DNA of 63,779 nt, the filler included, from Rhabdomonas costata (Eukaryota), in the NCBI GenBank assembly GCA_019059605.1. It is 36 parts of 36 records of this genome, joined end to end, with 100 filler letters (N's around TTAATTAATTAA, not from the genome) between each part and the next. Parts side by side here need not be neighbours in the genome. Positions count along the whole stretch, not along the records: positions 60,332 to 62,005 come from JAHMHO010010872.1; positions 62,106 to 63,779 come from JAHMHO010010873.1; 34 more parts are not named here. One strand, written 5' to 3'. This document shows, piece by piece, positions 60,399-63,779 of this stretch (positions within the stretch are counted from its first letter, which is position 1; every line of letters starts with the position of its first letter). A program made the position numbers and the translations under genes. The notes beneath the pieces are model-generated. The model was not told the origin of the DNA, searched no databases, and saw only the letters and a list, made by a program, of their open reading frames with translations.

Positions 60399-61992
60399 AA
60401 GTGGGACGTTTTGCTGGGCTGCAAGGTGCGCACCCTGCACGGGCATTCCGACACAGTGTACTGCGTGCTGGGCACTCCTTGCGGAAGGGAGCTCGTGTCG
60501 GGGTCTGGGGACTCCACAATCCGGGTGCCTCTCTCTCTCTCTCTCTGAATGTGCATTCGAGCCTCGGCGGGGTGGGCTGAGATTCTGGTTTGAAGGACAG
60601 CAAAGCGAAGCAAACGTTTCCATCATTTTCACAATACTTTCATCCCATGGTCGAAAGTTGTGTCGGACCCACACACATGCGTGTGGCGCTAGATGAGTTC
60701 AACCGGGACTATAGGCCCTATAGGCTAGACCTATTGTGCGAGGCGTGATCAAACAAGAGCGCGTATGTGGTGGTGGTTCCTTCCGAGCTTCGCCCTGTGT
60801 TTTGTATATTGTCTGTTTTGAGGACTTTCTTCAGTGAGCTTGTTCATTTCTGACCACGAAATGGAAACATTGGGTTATCGGAAAGCGCGGCCCAAAATAG
60901 CCCCACTGTTTCTCTTCCACCTCACCAAAAAAAAAAGATGTGGAGCACAGGCTCTGGACGAAAGCTTGCCCTGCTGCGTGGCCACTCCGGTGCGGTGTTC
61001 TCACTGGCGCTATCTTTGGACGGGAAGCTGATGGTCTCCTCCTCCAGCGACCGCACCGTGAAGGTTTGTCAACTACACTCGCAAGCACATACACAGAACG
61101 TGTGCAGCATAGCGAGCCAATTTTGATGCAAGGGTTTGCAATGGTGGAGGAGTTTCATTGTGTATACGCCAGGTCAAAGAGTTGCAGATCAAAATGCAGA
61201 TAACGTTTGAGCATGGGAAATGAAAAACAGGTTTGGGGCTACGCCCAGCGAGCGGAGCTGGGCAGCTTCGGGCAGCAGGAGACAGTCTGGAGCTGTTCCT
61301 TTTGCCCCGACGGCACGCGGCTGGTTTCCGCCTCCATGGACCACAGCCTGAAGGTTTCCTTTTTCGTCTCTCTGATAAGCAGTTTCATGCGAGCGACTCT
61401 CAAGTGTGGATCCTGTTTTGGAATGTATGCTTGGGTTGCTTGAAATGTGAGTCCACATCTGGGGTGCGGGTCCCCAAGAGACGTGCACCTGATCTCTGCC
61501 GCAACGGGGCTCCAACCCCTTAGTTGTTTGCAAATCAGCCGCGTGTGTGGCCCTCAGGTGTACGACGGGTGGTGTGCCCGTCAGGGCTCCACCACCACCA
61601 CCAGCATCTTCAAGCTGAAGGGGCACATTGGACCTGTCTACCACACCTCCTTCACCTCTGACGGGAGGTTTATCGTGTCCTGCTCCGCAGACCAGTCAGT
61701 CAAGGTTTGTTGGGACGCTTTGAACAGCACAGAACAACAGAAATGCACACACCGCTTCTGTCCGTCCCAGACACAGCTCACAGAGGATGCACAGACTCAC
61801 GCTCACTTTATCGTTATCATTTTCTAGCTTCCACTGTCCCCGTTTTTGCTTAGCAAAAGCAATGCTGCTTCTCAGATTTGGGATCCAAAGACGAGCCTCG
61901 AGTTGGCCTCTCTGCGGGGCAGCTTTGGAGCGTTCTACCACTGCAGTGTGCGATCCCACCAGCTGCTCACCTGCGCCGGAGATGTGATCCAG
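60399..61992 (+). CDS. WD40-repeat protein, exons 60399-60524, 60938-61063, 61231-61353, 61558-61704, 61876-61992
   Basis: Each exon encodes one repeat (xW...LxGH...V...SxSxDxTVK); all introns are GT-AG and phase 0. Confidence 0.93.
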
Positions 61993-63779
61993 GTAAACCC
62001 TTCGCNNNNNNNNNNNNNNNNNNNNNNNNNNNNNNNNNNNNNNNNNNNNTTAATTAATTAANNNNNNNNNNNNNNNNNNNNNNNNNNNNNNNNNNNNNNN
62101 NNNNNGGTGGGGGTTTGGGGGACGACGAGCGGAGGACAGTTGCAATTCAGAAGGGAAGGGCCGGCAGCACCGCGAGAAGGGCTCTTAGCACCAGAACTCA
62201 CGGATCAAGTGGGAAAGAAAGGAGAGAAGGCCACCAGGAGGGCAGTAGTGAGCAGAAGAAGAAAGGTTGCGGTGAATCAGACGGTTGGGTGGGATGAGAT
62301 GTAACGCCTCAGGAGTTCTTTAGGCAGACGTGGACAACACCGATGTACATATGGAGGTTTCCTGAATTCTGGACGGAGGTATCAGTAAGTTGGGTGAAAG
62401 AAATGAACAGTGCACCGATCGACGGGTATCCGAACCTGTAATCCCGGCCCGCGCCATCTGCCCCTTGAAACGGCACGGCGTGTGAGGGTAAGGCATAACT
62501 CGATCATACTCGTCAGCCTGAACATGACCAAAGGCTCCGCCCTCGACACCTCACGAGCGATGACCACGCTGCCGGTAACAACAGCGGCATCATAATTGCT
62601 TGAAATGGAAGTTCGCCGATCAAAATAGTCGCACCCAGGAAATGAAATCTTTGCGGACTGTTTCAGGATCACTTATTTCCAAACTTTCGAGGCTAAAAGC
62701 CGGCAGATCAAACATCGCCACTTGTCTGCTCAAACAACTCGTATCATACCACCGAAACAGAGAAAGTAATTCTCAATTAAAACGCACTGACATTGGAAAT
62801 GTGATGCAGCCCGATGCGTTAGAAAGAAGCCTAGCGCGAGGCGACTGGAGGGTCAGAAGGAGGAGGACGCATTTGCCTTCCTGGCGCCAACACAGAAGAG
62901 TTTGGTTGAAAACACAGGAACTGAAGCAGCCAACAGCCGATCTTGCAGTTGTGGTGCAGACACACACAGCGTGGGGTAAAGCAACGTGGGGGAAACAGCA
63001 ACACAGCCCTCTCACACCCACTCACCACATCGGCTATCACTCACTCTGCACAAGAGTGCACACAAAACGGATCTTCTCTGGAGAGGTTCGGGAAGGGAAA
63101 ACTTCTGAGCGTAAATCAGCGGAGCTGGTGGACTCGGGAAGACACACGCAAACTCACACGGGAGCCTGCAAAGTTGGAGAGGACTCTCTCGAGGGAAGCG
63201 GCGAAGGCTGACCCACGAGAGGGACCTGCGTCCAACGCAGAGCCGAACGAATGAAAAGAAAAAGTGAAAAAAAAAAAGAGACTGGCGAAAAAAAAACAGC
63301 AACACACAGTGGTGGTCGGATGGAAGCATCCGCATGAACAGACAAGCACAGCAACACAAAGAAGGGAGGAGAAATCCAGGGGCCGTGGCCCGTGACCAGC
63401 GCAGCTCCTGTGGGAGTCAGGAACATCGCGGACACCACGCACGACCTCCAGACAACGCCGGGAAATAAATAAACCACAGAAGGGCACACAGAAATTTCGG
63501 AAACGTTTTCCAGAAACATCCGCGGCAGGTCCTCACGCGGGAAGGCGCTTTTCTTTCTGGCTCCGAGATACTTGTATTTTTTGGATAGTGTGTCATCCTT
63601 CTTCGTTCTCTCTCTGTGTGTATCCTCCACGTCTATGTATGTGTAGCCCCTCTAGGAGGGATGGGCCAGGGCACTTCAAAGGTGACCCAGTCTCATCACA
63701 AAAAGCACAGCCCAAGAATGCAGGCAAGGCAACAGCGTTTTCGGGGACGGGGCTGCGGTGCAAGGGGGGCCCACCCCAA

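Noticed and set aside
1677..62105. Regularly spaced TTAATTAATTAA within N runs, resembling a repeat array
   Set aside because: Artificial scaffold linker. ORFs ending in X...LIN are artefacts, and cross-contig gene neighbourhoods are meaningless.

Overview
This window is not one locus. It is 36 unrelated short contigs (about 1,667-1,676 bp each, apparently size-sorted) joined by an artificial 100-nt linker (N44-TTAATTAATTAA-N44), so adjacency across linkers means nothing. G/T-only contig starts, A/C-only ends and terminal fold-back inversions point to a whole-genome-amplified (single-cell type) assembly. Most contigs are nuclear DNA of an intron-rich protist; a euglenozoan/discoban affinity is plausible but is only my inference. 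Recognisable spliced gene fragments: UTP25, PRP6, a calpain-like protein, an AZUL-domain (UBE3A-like) protein, arginine deiminase, RtcB, topoisomerase III, a DExH helicase, two WD40 proteins, LRR/F-box proteins and a jacalin-like lectin. Best leads: (1) recurrent GC-AG introns with the same G|GCATG(C/T) donor and a general U-at-+4 donor bias; (2) a very AT-rich, intron-less contig resembling giant-virus DNA; (3) an arginine deiminase with a hydrophobic C-terminal tail ending in -SRM; (4) a WD40 gene with one repeat per phase-0 exon; (5) a 472-bp insertion with a 16-bp target-site duplication inside a decayed gag. I found no CRISPR array, rRNA, tRNA or multi-gene system. All family calls come from motifs recognised by eye, not from searches.
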